From positions 1 to 39,368 of IMG/VR virus record IMGVR_UViG_3300016657_000025: a DNA stretch of 39,368 bases; one strand, 5' to 3'. Numbering within the stretch: position 1 is the first letter of the stretch; every line of letters starts with the position of its first letter. The translations under genes were made by a program, and so were the position numbers. The notes under the pieces were generated by a model. That model saw only the letters and a program-made list of their open reading frames with translations, was not told the DNA's origin and ran no database searches. The stretch comes from a virus. Its lineage: Duplodnaviria > Caudoviricetes. Positions 9,009 through 18,779 of this stretch are shown one piece after another.

Positions 9009-9475
9009 CACGATTCAGCAAAGCGATGGGCGACAAGTACGAAAGCGCAGTAGCCCAGATTCGCACCAAGACATTCACCTACGGCGGCTTTGACTTTAAA
9101 GTCCGCCTGCCTTTATCTGCCGAGGCCGAAGCGATGTACAAACGCATCGCAGAGGTTGACGAAGAAAGCCTCAAGGCCCGCGTAAGCAAGATGACCGAAT
9201 CGCTGCGGGCTGATCCGCCCGAGGGCGTTGAAGTCACTGACACGGACGTTATCGTAGACGGCCGGTCTACCCGCGAAGTGGCCATGTCCATCATGCTGAT
9301 GGAAAACCGGATCACGGAATACTTCCGTCTGCTGGTCCCGGTCGAAGGCACGTTTGACGACATCACATACGCAGAGATCGAGGAAGAATTTCCTCTGCCC
9401 GTGCAACTGGAGATGCTGGACGCTATCGTCGAAGCCATTCAGCCCGGGTATAAGGACGCCCGAAAAAACTCGTAA
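9005..9475 (+). CDS. Tail assembly chaperone (gpG-like)
   Basis: Lies between tail tube and tape measure; ends CGA AAA AAC TCG TAA, which contains a slippery heptamer. Confidence 0.8.
   Translation: MTRFSKAMGDKYESAVAQIRTKTFTYGGFDFKVRLPLSAEAEAMYKRIAEVDEESLKARVSKMTESLRADPPEGVEVTDTDVIVDGRSTREVAMSIMLMENRITEYFRLLVPVEGTFDDITYAEIEEEFPLPVQLEMLDAIVEAIQPGYKDARKNS
9463..9469 (+). other. Programmed -1 ribosomal frameshift site (A AAA AAC)
   Basis: X XXY YYZ heptamer in the correct phase. The -1 frame is open (KLVRDVHQQARAYVWAHGG...) and continuous with ORF 9505..9822. Confidence 0.85.
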
Positions 9476-9822
9476 GGGACGTTCACCAGCAAGCCCGCGC
9501 TTATGTGTGGGCTCATGGTGGATGTCCCGACGACATCCCCACGGTCGATATGCGCAATATCGAGATCATGCTGAGCGATGGGGCCATAGGGAATAAAGCC
9601 ATCTTGCTTGCCCTGAGCACCCTGACAACGGGCAACCTCAACTCCAAGTTGAAGCAGGGCCAGACGCCGTTTACAATTCGTACAGTGCTCCCGTCAACGC
9701 ATGAATACATCATTCCGCCACTGACCGACGAAGAACAAGCCGCGCAGACCAATCGCAGCCTCTTGACGTTCATGGCCACGGCCCCGGGAGCCCCGGCATC
9801 ATTTACGGAGAAGCTGACATGA
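9467..9822 (+). CDS. Frameshift extension of the tail chaperone (gpT-like part of gpGT)
   Basis: Open -1 frame from the slippery site to TGA at 9822; no convincing RBS/ATG of its own. Confidence 0.75.
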
Positions 9823-10301
9823 TCATCACCAAGGTGGAAGGACTGGAAGACCTGGAGTCGGCCCTTTCCGCCTTGGCTGATGGCTGGCGATCCGATCTGG
9901 TCATGCGAAACACCGTGACCAAGGCGGCAAAACGGGCCATGGAGCCCGTTGCGGCCGATGTGGTGGCCTCTGCCCCCTACGACGAAGAAAACACCGGCCC
10001 TATCCACCTGCGGGACACGGTGAGACTCGACGCCCGCACACCCTCCGCGAAAGACTACGAATCGTCGATGGTCAACCAGTCCGACATCGTTATCGCCATG
10101 GTGTCTGTGAAAAAGAGCGCGGTGTCGTTGTCGCAAGAGTTCGGCAATGCTGTCACCCCGGCGCACCCATATCTTCGCAATTCACTGGCCCGCAATTACG
10201 ACCGAGTTGTGGCCACGTTTAAGTCCGAACTTGAATCGTTAATACTGGCATACGCACCCAAGCTGGCCAAGCAAAAGAAACGGAGCAGCACAAATGGCTA
10301 A
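9819..10301 (+). CDS. HK97 gp10-like tail/neck component
   Basis: Motifs VEGLEDLESAL, A.KRAMEPV..D...AP, HLRD and QEFG....PAHPYLR. Confidence 0.8.
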   Translation: MIITKVEGLEDLESALSALADGWRSDLVMRNTVTKAAKRAMEPVAADVVASAPYDEENTGPIHLRDTVRLDARTPSAKDYESSMVNQSDIVIAMVSVKKSAVSLSQEFGNAVTPAHPYLRNSLARNYDRVVATFKSELESLILAYAPKLAKQKKRSSTNG

Positions 10302-12708
10302 CCAATTACTGGCACGGCTGGGCATTGTCCTTGGCGTAGATTCCGCTGAACTTGTTACGGGGCTTAACGCCGCCAAAGAAAAGTTCACGGGCTTTACCAA
10401 AGAGGTACAGAGGCAGTCCAACGAAGCCGCCAAGATGACCATGGCCCTCAAGATGGCCACGGAGTCTTATGGCAAAACCCTCACGGCAGTTGAGAAGGTC
10501 GAGATGGAGTTGACGCACGGTCGGCTGGCCGGTGCGAAGATTTCTGACGTGCAACTCAAACTGCTGCGCGATCAGGCCAAGGCATACGACGCCGTGGCCG
10601 CTGCGGCAGCCAAAGCGAACACAGCGCGAGGCAAGGGCATGCGGGCTGATCTGCAAGCCGCGTTGGCCTACCAGACAACGGACGTTATCACGGGCCTTGC
10701 AGGCGGACAGAATCCGTTCATGGTGTTGTTGCAGCAGGGTGGTCAACTGCGTGACCAGTTCGGTGGCTTTAAGCCCATGTTTGAGGGCATCGCATCCGTT
10801 CTTACTGCCGCCCGTGTTGCAGCAGCCGGGTTTGCTGGGGCGCTGGCCACGTTGGGCTACGCCATGTACAAAGGCGCTGAAGAACAAAAGGCGTTTAACA
10901 ACATGCTGGTGCTGACTGGCGGTTACCTGAACATGACCGAAGCCAGCTTCACTGCATTGTCAGTGTCTATCGGAAATAAGTACCACACGTCGATAAGTGA
11001 CGTGCGGGGCGCCATGCAGCAGTTGGCATCTACCGGCCAATTCACCTCCGCTACTCTATCTTCGGTCACGGGCCTTGTGGCGCGTATGTCTCGTCTGACC
11101 GGCGAATCGGCTGCAACGATTGCCACTTCTCTGATCCCGGCGCTGGACGGGTCCGCATCCTCGGCCAAGAAACTCAACGACCAATACCATTTCCTGACGG
11201 TTGAGCAGTACACGCATATCCGCCAGTTGGCCGCGCAGGGCAAGCAACAGGAGTCGATCCTGTACACAACGGAACTGCTGACCAAGAGCCTCAACCGCCA
11301 GACCAGCGAAGCCGGTTTGTTGGAAAAGGCATGGCGGGGTATTACCGGGGCCATGGGCGAGTTCTGGCAGAGCCTCAAGGATGTGGGCAAGACGCCTGAC
11401 CTTGAACAGCAAGTGCGCGTGGCTTGGAATGCGGTGGGTATTGCCGCACGACGCGCCGAAAGCGAAAACGCCACGGCCCTCGACAAGCAAATGCTGCAAC
11501 AGGCGCAGGACCGGTATGAGAAGGTCGTGGCTGCGCTGCGTGAGCATGAGGCCGAGAAACAGCGCACAGCCAAAGAGGCAGCGGACAACCAACGAAAAAT
11601 CGACTACCAAGCGTCTGGTCGGGCCGCAAAAGACCGGCAATTGCGTTATCAAGCCGAGGACTTCGACGAAGCCGCACGGGCCGCAGCGCGAATCCAATCG
11701 CTCGACAAGATCAGCGCCATCGAAGAAAAGCGCGTTAAAGACCGTGACGCCGCCATCCGTGCGTCCAAGCGGGCCAACGAGGATGAGGACTTCGCGCACA
11801 CGGCTGAACGCGCCAAAACGCTTGCTGCGCAACTCCGGTCCATCGACGCCGCAGCCGCCCGGGAAAAGATGGAGGTGTACGCGAGTGCCCGCGAGGCGTA
11901 TCGCACTCAGGCGCAGGCCCAGCAGGATGAAGTGGACCGCGAGAAAGAGCGCATCGCGTTTTATCGTGAGCACCTGTTCTTGCAAGGCACTGATCTTGAA
12001 ATCGCGCTTACCCGCCTGAAGACGGAACAGGAGATTCAGGCCATTTACGACAAAAAGGACAGTGGCCTCAAAGCCGATAAAGACGCAGCGGCTGAACGGC
12101 TGCGTGCGATTCAGGCACAGCGGGAAGCCAACATTCAGGCAGGTGTCGAACTCAAGATGCTGCAAGACATGAATACCGCCGTGTATAACAACATGAGCAG
12201 CGCCCTTGAAAACTTTGTGCGCACCGGCAAGCTGTCCTTCAAGGACTTTGCCCGCAGCGTTATCCAAGACCTTATCGCCATCGCCATGAAGGCGCAAATG
12301 ATGAGCCTGTTCAAGGGGTTCAACTTTTTCAACTCCGTGCCTACGGCGGCAACGGCGGCCGTGGCCTCGTCCATGGGCGGTGATTCGCTGGATAACATGC
12401 TGCAACTCACCGGAGCGTTTGGTACTGCCCAGCGTGCAAACGGCGGCTCCGTGACTGGCGGCTCAACTTATCTGGTGGGCGAGAACGGCCCTGAGTTGTT
12501 CACGTCCAATACCTCGGGTACGATCATCCCCAATGGCCAGGTCGGGGCTGCACTGAGCGCCCCGTCCGGGCCGGTCTTCAATGGCCCCTACATCGCCAAT
12601 CTGAGCGCCATCGACACGCAGTCCGGCATCCAGTTCTTGGCCAAAAATAAACAAGCCGTGTGGGCGGCAAGCCAGTCAGCCCAACGCGCACTGCCAGCGA
12701 GTCGTTAA
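10294..12708 (+). CDS. Tape measure protein (lambda-like)
   Basis: 804 aa helical protein with YQTTDVITGLAGGQNPFMVLLQQGGQLRD, TGKLSFKDFARSVI and YLVGENGPELF motifs. Confidence 0.95.
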   Translation: MANQLLARLGIVLGVDSAELVTGLNAAKEKFTGFTKEVQRQSNEAAKMTMALKMATESYGKTLTAVEKVEMELTHGRLAGAKISDVQLKLLRDQAKAYDAVAAAAAKANTARGKGMRADLQAALAYQTTDVITGLAGGQNPFMVLLQQGGQLRDQFGGFKPMFEGIASVLTAARVAAAGFAGALATLGYAMYKGAEEQKAFNNMLVLTGGYLNMTEASFTALSVSIGNKYHTSISDVRGAMQQLASTGQFTSATLSSVTGLVARMSRLTGESAATIATSLIPALDGSASSAKKLNDQYHFLTVEQYTHIRQLAAQGKQQESILYTTELLTKSLNRQTSEAGLLEKAWRGITGAMGEFWQSLKDVGKTPDLEQQVRVAWNAVGIAARRAESENATALDKQMLQQAQDRYEKVVAALREHEAEKQRTAKEAADNQRKIDYQASGRAAKDRQLRYQAEDFDEAARAAARIQSLDKISAIEEKRVKDRDAAIRASKRANEDEDFAHTAERAKTLAAQLRSIDAAAAREKMEVYASAREAYRTQAQAQQDEVDREKERIAFYREHLFLQGTDLEIALTRLKTEQEIQAIYDKKDSGLKADKDAAAERLRAIQAQREANIQAGVELKMLQDMNTAVYNNMSSALENFVRTGKLSFKDFARSVIQDLIAIAMKAQMMSLFKGFNFFNSVPTAATAAVASSMGGDSLDNMLQLTGAFGTAQRANGGSVTGGSTYLVGENGPELFTSNTSGTIIPNGQVGAALSAPSGPVFNGPYIANLSAIDTQSGIQFLAKNKQAVWAASQSAQRALPASR

Positions 12709-12710
12709 CC

Positions 12711-13391
12711 ATGAGCCTGCAAACCATTCTGTCCATCTCCGAGTCGGTCGGAATTAACGACCAACGGTTCGTCGGCCAGACAATCAGCCGCAACCAGAAG
12801 ATCGTCACATCCGAACAACTCACGGTCGTACCGTTTGCTTTCGAGATGCGGCCCATGAACTACCTGCTGTACAGCCAGAATCGTGATGTGCTCAACCAGT
12901 TGCGCATTAACGACAAGGCGCTGGAGCAATACCTTAACTTCGGCTCTACCGGCTGGCTCAACTACATCAAGTATCAAGGCGATATGAGTGAGGTGCAGAT
13001 CGCCGCATGCCAGTGGGACATTACCAGCGCCAACAAGAATCTGGTGTTGGGGAGTCTGCCCGCCATCTCATCTACCGCGTACATTGTGCGGGCCGGAGAC
13101 TTCGTGCAGGTGGGTCGGTACGCCTACATCGCCACGGCAGATGTTCAGCGGGGCGCAGGCGCCACAGTAGTGATCCCGGTACACCGCAACCTGATCGACG
13201 CCCTGACGGCCCCTGTAGCGGCAGTAATGGGCCAATACGGCACCACGGTGAGCATGGGCGGCTCTACATACACAGGTGTGACCTTCCCCGTCATCCTTCG
13301 GGCCTATCCGACATACACTCTGGTGCCCATGACCAACGATTCATTTATCCAGTGGTCTGGTCCCTTCCAAGCCTTTGAGTCTGTTCTTTAA
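12711..13391 (+). CDS. Probable distal tail protein
   Basis: First gene after tape measure; 226 aa beta-rich; contains AGDFVQVG. The function call rests on position. Confidence 0.55.
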   Translation: MSLQTILSISESVGINDQRFVGQTISRNQKIVTSEQLTVVPFAFEMRPMNYLLYSQNRDVLNQLRINDKALEQYLNFGSTGWLNYIKYQGDMSEVQIAACQWDITSANKNLVLGSLPAISSTAYIVRAGDFVQVGRYAYIATADVQRGAGATVVIPVHRNLIDALTAPVAAVMGQYGTTVSMGGSTYTGVTFPVILRAYPTYTLVPMTNDSFIQWSGPFQAFESVL

Positions 13392-13403
13392 TCGGAGTTA
13401 TCC

Positions 13404-14315
13404 ATGTCTGTGCCAAACACTTTCAACCTTGCCACAGGGGCCATTCCTCTATCGCAGCTTGACGCCAACTTTGCGTATTACGACGCGGCATTTCAGATCG
13501 ACGCAACGGCCATGCGCGTCACCAAGGACTTGCTACTGCTGGATCGCGTAACGCCCACAAAAATTGCGGACTTTGATGCGTCGGCTATTACTGCGGGCAC
13601 AACCCGTACATACACACTGCCGAACTCGTCTGGTACGTTTGCTCTTATCGGGCTTGCCCAGACTTGGAGCGCCACGCAGACCTTCGCCGCCGTTGTTCTT
13701 AACAGCACGGTAACGTCCGGCAACATCGCTTTCACGCTGTCGGGTACTACGTCCAACCTGTCACTCAACGCAGGACAGACTACAGGCACGATTACGATTG
13801 GCGGTACTGCGGCAACCGGCACCATCACAATCGGCCAATCAACTGCGGCCCAAACGCTCAACATCGCCACGGGCGCAACGGCAAACGCCGTTACCAAGAC
13901 GATCAATATCGGCACAGATGGTGTGTCGGGTTCCATCACCAACATTAACTTGGGCTCGGCAGTTGTAGGCGCCACCGGCAAGATCGCTCTACAAGGCGAT
14001 TGGACTTCCACATATGGGTTCGGCGCATGGCCACCCATCACCGTTAACGCCGCCACTTACACGGTTCTCAACACCACCTACTCGCTGATTTTTACGACAA
14101 CGACTTGCACGGTTACACTACCGTCCGCGTCAACGTATAACGGTCGTATGCTGATGGTGAAAAACGTCACAGCTACAGCCGTTAACTCCAATGCGTCAAA
14201 CGTGGTCCCGCTGGGCTCGACCACCGCAGGTACAGCAATCTTGGCCGCTACGGCTGGTAAGTTCGCGCTGCTACAGTCTAACGGCACGAACTGGATTGTT
14301 ATGATGGCCAACTGA
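13404..14315 (+). CDS. Fibre-like virion protein (Thr/Gly/Ala-rich beta repeats)
   Basis: GGAG RBS; N-terminal IPLSQLDANF, repeated TITIG/TINIG strands, C-terminal TVTLPSA...SNGTNW domain. Confidence 0.6.
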   Translation: MSVPNTFNLATGAIPLSQLDANFAYYDAAFQIDATAMRVTKDLLLLDRVTPTKIADFDASAITAGTTRTYTLPNSSGTFALIGLAQTWSATQTFAAVVLNSTVTSGNIAFTLSGTTSNLSLNAGQTTGTITIGGTAATGTITIGQSTAAQTLNIATGATANAVTKTINIGTDGVSGSITNINLGSAVVGATGKIALQGDWTSTYGFGAWPPITVNAATYTVLNTTYSLIFTTTTCTVTLPSASTYNGRMLMVKNVTATAVNSNASNVVPLGSTTAGTAILAATAGKFALLQSNGTNWIVMMAN

Positions 14316-14316
14316 T

Positions 14317-15012
14317 ATGAACAACATAAAGTTCAACCAGACAATCGTAGACTGGATAAACAACTCCGGACAACCCGTCCTGTGGCAAAACGGTTCCAGC
14401 CAGTTCGTAAACTGGTTATCAGACGCCCAAGCCGACAACAGCATCCGGTATGCGGACTTTATCCGCATCACCACGGGCGCGGATACATACCGGTTCACGA
14501 CGGCCCCCGCCAACATGACGGTATCTGCCGTAGACGCAAACGCTTTCGACGCCGTGGGCGTCCTCATCAAGGTCGGGGAAGCCCAACGCGACATCAAGTC
14601 AACGGCCAACGAAACCACCATCACCATGACTGGTATCGACACAGCGATGCTTGGCTGGGTGCTGGGGCAGAACGTCAAGGGCGCGAAGATCGAGATGTGG
14701 CACGGGTTCTTTAACCCGGATGGCTCGTTGATAACGTCGGGAGGCACTGGCGGTCTGTATCAGTTCTTCAACGGCTTTATCAACTCGTTTTCCATCTCTG
14801 AGCAATGGATGGAGGATGCCCGGTCATATGTCGGTACGATCACGGTAAGTGCCGCGTCCGTTCAACTCATCCTGCAAAACCGTACTGCGGGCAGGTACAC
14901 GAACAACAACTCATGGCAGTTCTTCAACGCAGGTGATACCTCCATGAACCGTGTCGGCTTTATCGAGACCATCAACTACCAGTTCGGTCAAAATGCGCCC
15001 CCGAATTCGTGA
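14317..15012 (+). CDS. Probable baseplate hub / minor tail protein
   Basis: Position upstream of the tail tip protein; YRFTT, ITMTGID and FFNGFI patterns typical of siphovirus hub proteins. Confidence 0.55.
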   Translation: MNNIKFNQTIVDWINNSGQPVLWQNGSSQFVNWLSDAQADNSIRYADFIRITTGADTYRFTTAPANMTVSAVDANAFDAVGVLIKVGEAQRDIKSTANETTITMTGIDTAMLGWVLGQNVKGAKIEMWHGFFNPDGSLITSGGTGGLYQFFNGFINSFSISEQWMEDARSYVGTITVSAASVQLILQNRTAGRYTNNNSWQFFNAGDTSMNRVGFIETINYQFGQNAPPNS

Positions 15013-15445
15013 CGCTTCGCCGTTTGATATTCCCGTGCTGCTGGACATGCTCCGGCAGTACCGGAGTCAGACGCCGTTGCCGTTTCTGGGCGAAGCTGAC
15101 GACGCGGTACACATCACACGGCTGCTGACGGGGGTCATGGCCGGTAAAGGTCTGGTGCTGGTGTCAGAGGCCGATGGCGTGAACGGCATGCTGGTCGCGG
15201 GCATCGCCCCCAGCCTGTGGGCGCCGGACAAGCTGGTGATGACTGAATGGGCTTACTGGGTGAACCCCGAAGCCAGGGGCACCAGCGCCGGATACAGGCT
15301 GCTGCGGGCCTACGCAGAGCACGGTCAAGCCCTAAAAGCACAGGGCCGCATAGAAGCCTTCCTGATCAGTAAAATGGTCAACAGCCCGGATCTGAAGTAC
15401 GACAGGTTCGGTTTCACAAAACTTGAAGAATTTTGGGTGGCCTGA
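14993..15445 (+). CDS. GNAT-fold acetyltransferase-like protein
   Basis: IRDASPFDIPVLL start, YWVNPEARGTSAGYRLL (acetyl-CoA-binding motif A) and YDRFGF. Confidence 0.75.
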   Translation: MRPRIRDASPFDIPVLLDMLRQYRSQTPLPFLGEADDAVHITRLLTGVMAGKGLVLVSEADGVNGMLVAGIAPSLWAPDKLVMTEWAYWVNPEARGTSAGYRLLRAYAEHGQALKAQGRIEAFLISKMVNSPDLKYDRFGFTKLEEFWVA

Positions 15446-15446
15446 T

Positions 15447-18400
15447 ATGCCGGGTTCTCTAATTGCAGCCGCTTTGGTCGAAGGTGGTTTTATCGCGGCG
15501 GGTTTTGCAGCCACCGCCACGGCCTTTGCCATCAACATGGTGGCGTCGTCCATTGTCAGCAAAGCACTGGCCCCGGACTCCCCCAACATGGGCGCCACAG
15601 CAGATAGCCCCAACCCGGGAAGCCGCGCCCAAGTGCCACCGGCTGGCGACAACAAAATCCCGGTCGTGTATGGGTCTGCCTACTTGGGTGGCATCGTCAC
15701 CGATCTCAGTATCGCATCTGATAACCAGACGCTGTACTACGTGCTGGCGCTGGCGGAAGTTACAAACTCAGAGTCTGGTGGTACTCCTGACACGTACACG
15801 TTCGGTGAAGTCTACTGGGGCGGAAAGCTGGTCAACTTTAACGCCAACGGATACTCCGTCGATAGTCTTACTGACCAATCCACGGGTGCAGTTGATACGT
15901 CCGTTGCGGGCAAAATGGAAGTCTACCTGTACAGCAACGGGTCCAACAACCCGGCCAATTCGTCCGTTTCGGCAATTACCGTTATGTCGGCTCCGGGCTT
16001 GACCTACCAATGGGACTCGACGAAATTGATGAGCAACTGCGCGTTCGCCATCATCAAGCTGACGTACAGTCAAAGCGCAAACCTGACAGGCATTCAGCAA
16101 ACCCGGTTTAAGGTAACGAACAGCCGTTCGGCCCCGGGCGATTGCCTGTATGACTACCTCACGTCCAGCCGCTATGGAGCCGCTATTCCGGCCGCGCAGG
16201 TGGATACGGCATCGCTCACGGCGCTCAACGTCTATTCTGCCCAGAGCTTAAACTACACCACTTATAACGGGGTCTACACCAGTCAGACGCGTTTCCGTTT
16301 CGACGGCACGGTTGATACCGCGCAGCCGGTGATGTCCAACTTGCAACTTATGGCCGCGTGCTGTGACTGCCTGCTGAAATACAACGAGATACAAGGCACT
16401 TGGGGCGTTATCGTTCAAACGCCGTCTGTGTCTGTCGTTATGGACATCAACAACTCCAATATGGTGTCGGGCATAACAATCACACCCACGGACATCTCAG
16501 CCAGCTATAACATAGCCGAAGTTAAATTCCCGGATGGCTCGTCTAATGATACGTTCAATTCGGCAACGTTTGACTTGGCCGTGCTTTACCCGGCGCTGCT
16601 GTACCCGAACGAACCGGTCAATAAACAAACGATCAGCTTGCCGCTGGTTAACGATAGCGTTCGTGCCCAGTACTTGGCCAACCGGTTTCTCAAAGCCGCC
16701 CGCGAAGACCTCAATATCCAAGTCGAGATCAACTACACGGGTTTGCAGCTTGAAGCTGGAGATGTCGTTACCGTAACGAACGCGAACTATGGGTGGGTCG
16801 CAAAGCAGTTCCGTATCAACAAAATCGTCGAGAAGTTTGCCGACGACGGCTCCGTAACCGCAGCTTTGAATCTCATGGAGTTCAACGCCGATGTGTACAG
16901 CGATGTAAGCATCACCCAGTTCTCGCCCGCGCCAAACACGGGTATAGGCTCCCCCACAGCTTTTGGCACTCTAATCGCCCCCGTTATCGTTAACCTGCAA
17001 CCCAGTATTACCAATCCATCTTTTGGCGTGGCTGTCACTGCGGCCAGTTCCGGCATCACGCAATATGCTGAAATCTGGTATTCGGCCTACGCCAACCCAA
17101 CGGACGCACAACGCATCTTCGCGGGCACCACGGCAGTGAATCCGGGTGGCAATCCGTACACGCCCGGCGCCAGCATGGGCACGGTCACGCTGTCCAATAT
17201 CCCGAGTGGCGACTGGTACTTCGCCGTCCGGATGGTTAACGCACTGGGCTCCAGCCAGTTCTCGCCGTCGTCTACCGTGCTGCGGTGGCGCCCCACTACC
17301 TTCCAATACACAAGCCGTTATCTGGTGGTGGCTTATGCAACGGCCGCAGACGGATCCACAGGCTTCTCCGCGTCGCCAACCAATGCCACCTACTATGGCC
17401 TGTTGAACTCGGACGTGTCGAACTTCTCCAACACGCCATCGGACTACACCTGGTATCTGGCGCCGACAGCTTTTGGTACATCGGCGTATCTGCTGTACAG
17501 CAACCGCACCGGCCGTAAGTTCAGCTTCTCTACGGGCTTTGCTGCGTATGCAGCGGGCACTGCGCGTTTCGTGCCTACCCAAACGACGATCTATGACCCG
17601 TCAATCTGGTCTGGGTTGCCGAATGGTGTCAACTACATCGACCTTGACGCACGCACTGGGCAGTTGATCGAGACCGGCACAACCAACACCGGAGCCGGGG
17701 AAATCGCCATTACCAATAACGCCAACGGCAAAGTGGTTGCATCGCTGGACCCGTTGTTGGCAACTCAGTTTGGCCCGGGTGTTACGCAGATAAGCGGTTC
17801 TGCTGCAACCATCACCATCGACGTGTATGGCCGCGTGCTGGGCTTTGTTTCTCCCGATGGTTTTTACTACACCCGGTACGACGCCACGGCCACCGCTGGC
17901 CAGACCGTGTTTACGCCCACAGCCCGCCAAGCTGGGTATATCACGGGCATGGACTTCGTGTTCCGCAATGGCATGCTGCTGGACACGTCGGAATACACGG
18001 AGACCAGCACTACCGTTACGCTGGGTACAGGCGCGTTGGTAAACGACCGCATAACGATTCTGTCGTTGCGTGCCGTAAACCAAGGCGTCACATATGCCAG
18101 CCAGAACATAACCGTTCAGACCGTGGCGTCGAACGTCGTTACCTACAGTTCCGGTAGCCCGCCATACCAGAACATCGTTGCTGGTGACATTCATACTTTC
18201 GCCAACACCGGCACCCCCACGCAATACACCGTGCAAGCGTATAACGCGGCCACGCGGCAAATAACGTACACGGCGTCGGTGACTGGCGTATCAGCGGGCG
18301 CCACGATCTATCAGTACCGGTCAAATGGATTGAGCTACAGGCCGTTCAGCCGTTGGACTACGACGCTGACTAGCGCGTCTTCGTACACACCGACAACATG

Positions 18401-18779
18401 GGCCATCAACAGCGGATATGAGAAATTGTTCTTGAACGGGCTGGGTGTTAACGATCAAGACTACGATCTGGTGTCGGGGGCCATAACCAACTTCCCCAGT
18501 GCGGCCACGGGCTTGCTCACCATCATCCAGTTCAATCAGAACAATCAGGCTACGCCTGTCGGTGGCCCTACCAGCGTTACGACGAGCACGGTCACGGGAC
18601 AGTCCACGTATGCGTTCAATTACGACGCCAACGCGTTTGAACTGTATTACAACGGTCCCCTGCAAGTGGCCGGAACCGATTACACTACGGCAACGGGGTC
18701 GTACACGCTGGCCGCAGCGCCCGGGTCTACGACGGCCATCCTCCAGCAAAATACTTATAACCGCACAGGTGCAGCATGA
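15447..18779 (+). CDS. Tail tip / central fibre protein (gpJ-like)
   Basis: IPVVYG, P.DCLYDYLTSSRYGA and LEAGDVVTVT..YGW..K.FRI motifs, an FN3-like segment, and C-terminal repeats. ATG at 15447. Confidence 0.85.
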   Translation: MPGSLIAAALVEGGFIAAGFAATATAFAINMVASSIVSKALAPDSPNMGATADSPNPGSRAQVPPAGDNKIPVVYGSAYLGGIVTDLSIASDNQTLYYVLALAEVTNSESGGTPDTYTFGEVYWGGKLVNFNANGYSVDSLTDQSTGAVDTSVAGKMEVYLYSNGSNNPANSSVSAITVMSAPGLTYQWDSTKLMSNCAFAIIKLTYSQSANLTGIQQTRFKVTNSRSAPGDCLYDYLTSSRYGAAIPAAQVDTASLTALNVYSAQSLNYTTYNGVYTSQTRFRFDGTVDTAQPVMSNLQLMAACCDCLLKYNEIQGTWGVIVQTPSVSVVMDINNSNMVSGITITPTDISASYNIAEVKFPDGSSNDTFNSATFDLAVLYPALLYPNEPVNKQTISLPLVNDSVRAQYLANRFLKAAREDLNIQVEINYTGLQLEAGDVVTVTNANYGWVAKQFRINKIVEKFADDGSVTAALNLMEFNADVYSDVSITQFSPAPNTGIGSPTAFGTLIAPVIVNLQPSITNPSFGVAVTAASSGITQYAEIWYSAYANPTDAQRIFAGTTAVNPGGNPYTPGASMGTVTLSNIPSGDWYFAVRMVNALGSSQFSPSSTVLRWRPTTFQYTSRYLVVAYATAADGSTGFSASPTNATYYGLLNSDVSNFSNTPSDYTWYLAPTAFGTSAYLLYSNRTGRKFSFSTGFAAYAAGTARFVPTQTTIYDPSIWSGLPNGVNYIDLDARTGQLIETGTTNTGAGEIAITNNANGKVVASLDPLLATQFGPGVTQISGSAATITIDVYGRVLGFVSPDGFYYTRYDATATAGQTVFTPTARQAGYITGMDFVFRNGMLLDTSEYTETSTTVTLGTGALVNDRITILSLRAVNQGVTYASQNITVQTVASNVVTYSSGSPPYQNIVAGDIHTFANTGTPTQYTVQAYNAATRQITYTASVTGVSAGATIYQYRSNGLSYRPFSRWTTTLTSASSYTPTTWAINSGYEKLFLNGLGVNDQDYDLVSGAITNFPSAATGLLTIIQFNQNNQATPVGGPTSVTTSTVTGQSTYAFNYDANAFELYYNGPLQVAGTDYTTATGSYTLAAAPGSTTAILQQNTYNRTGAA

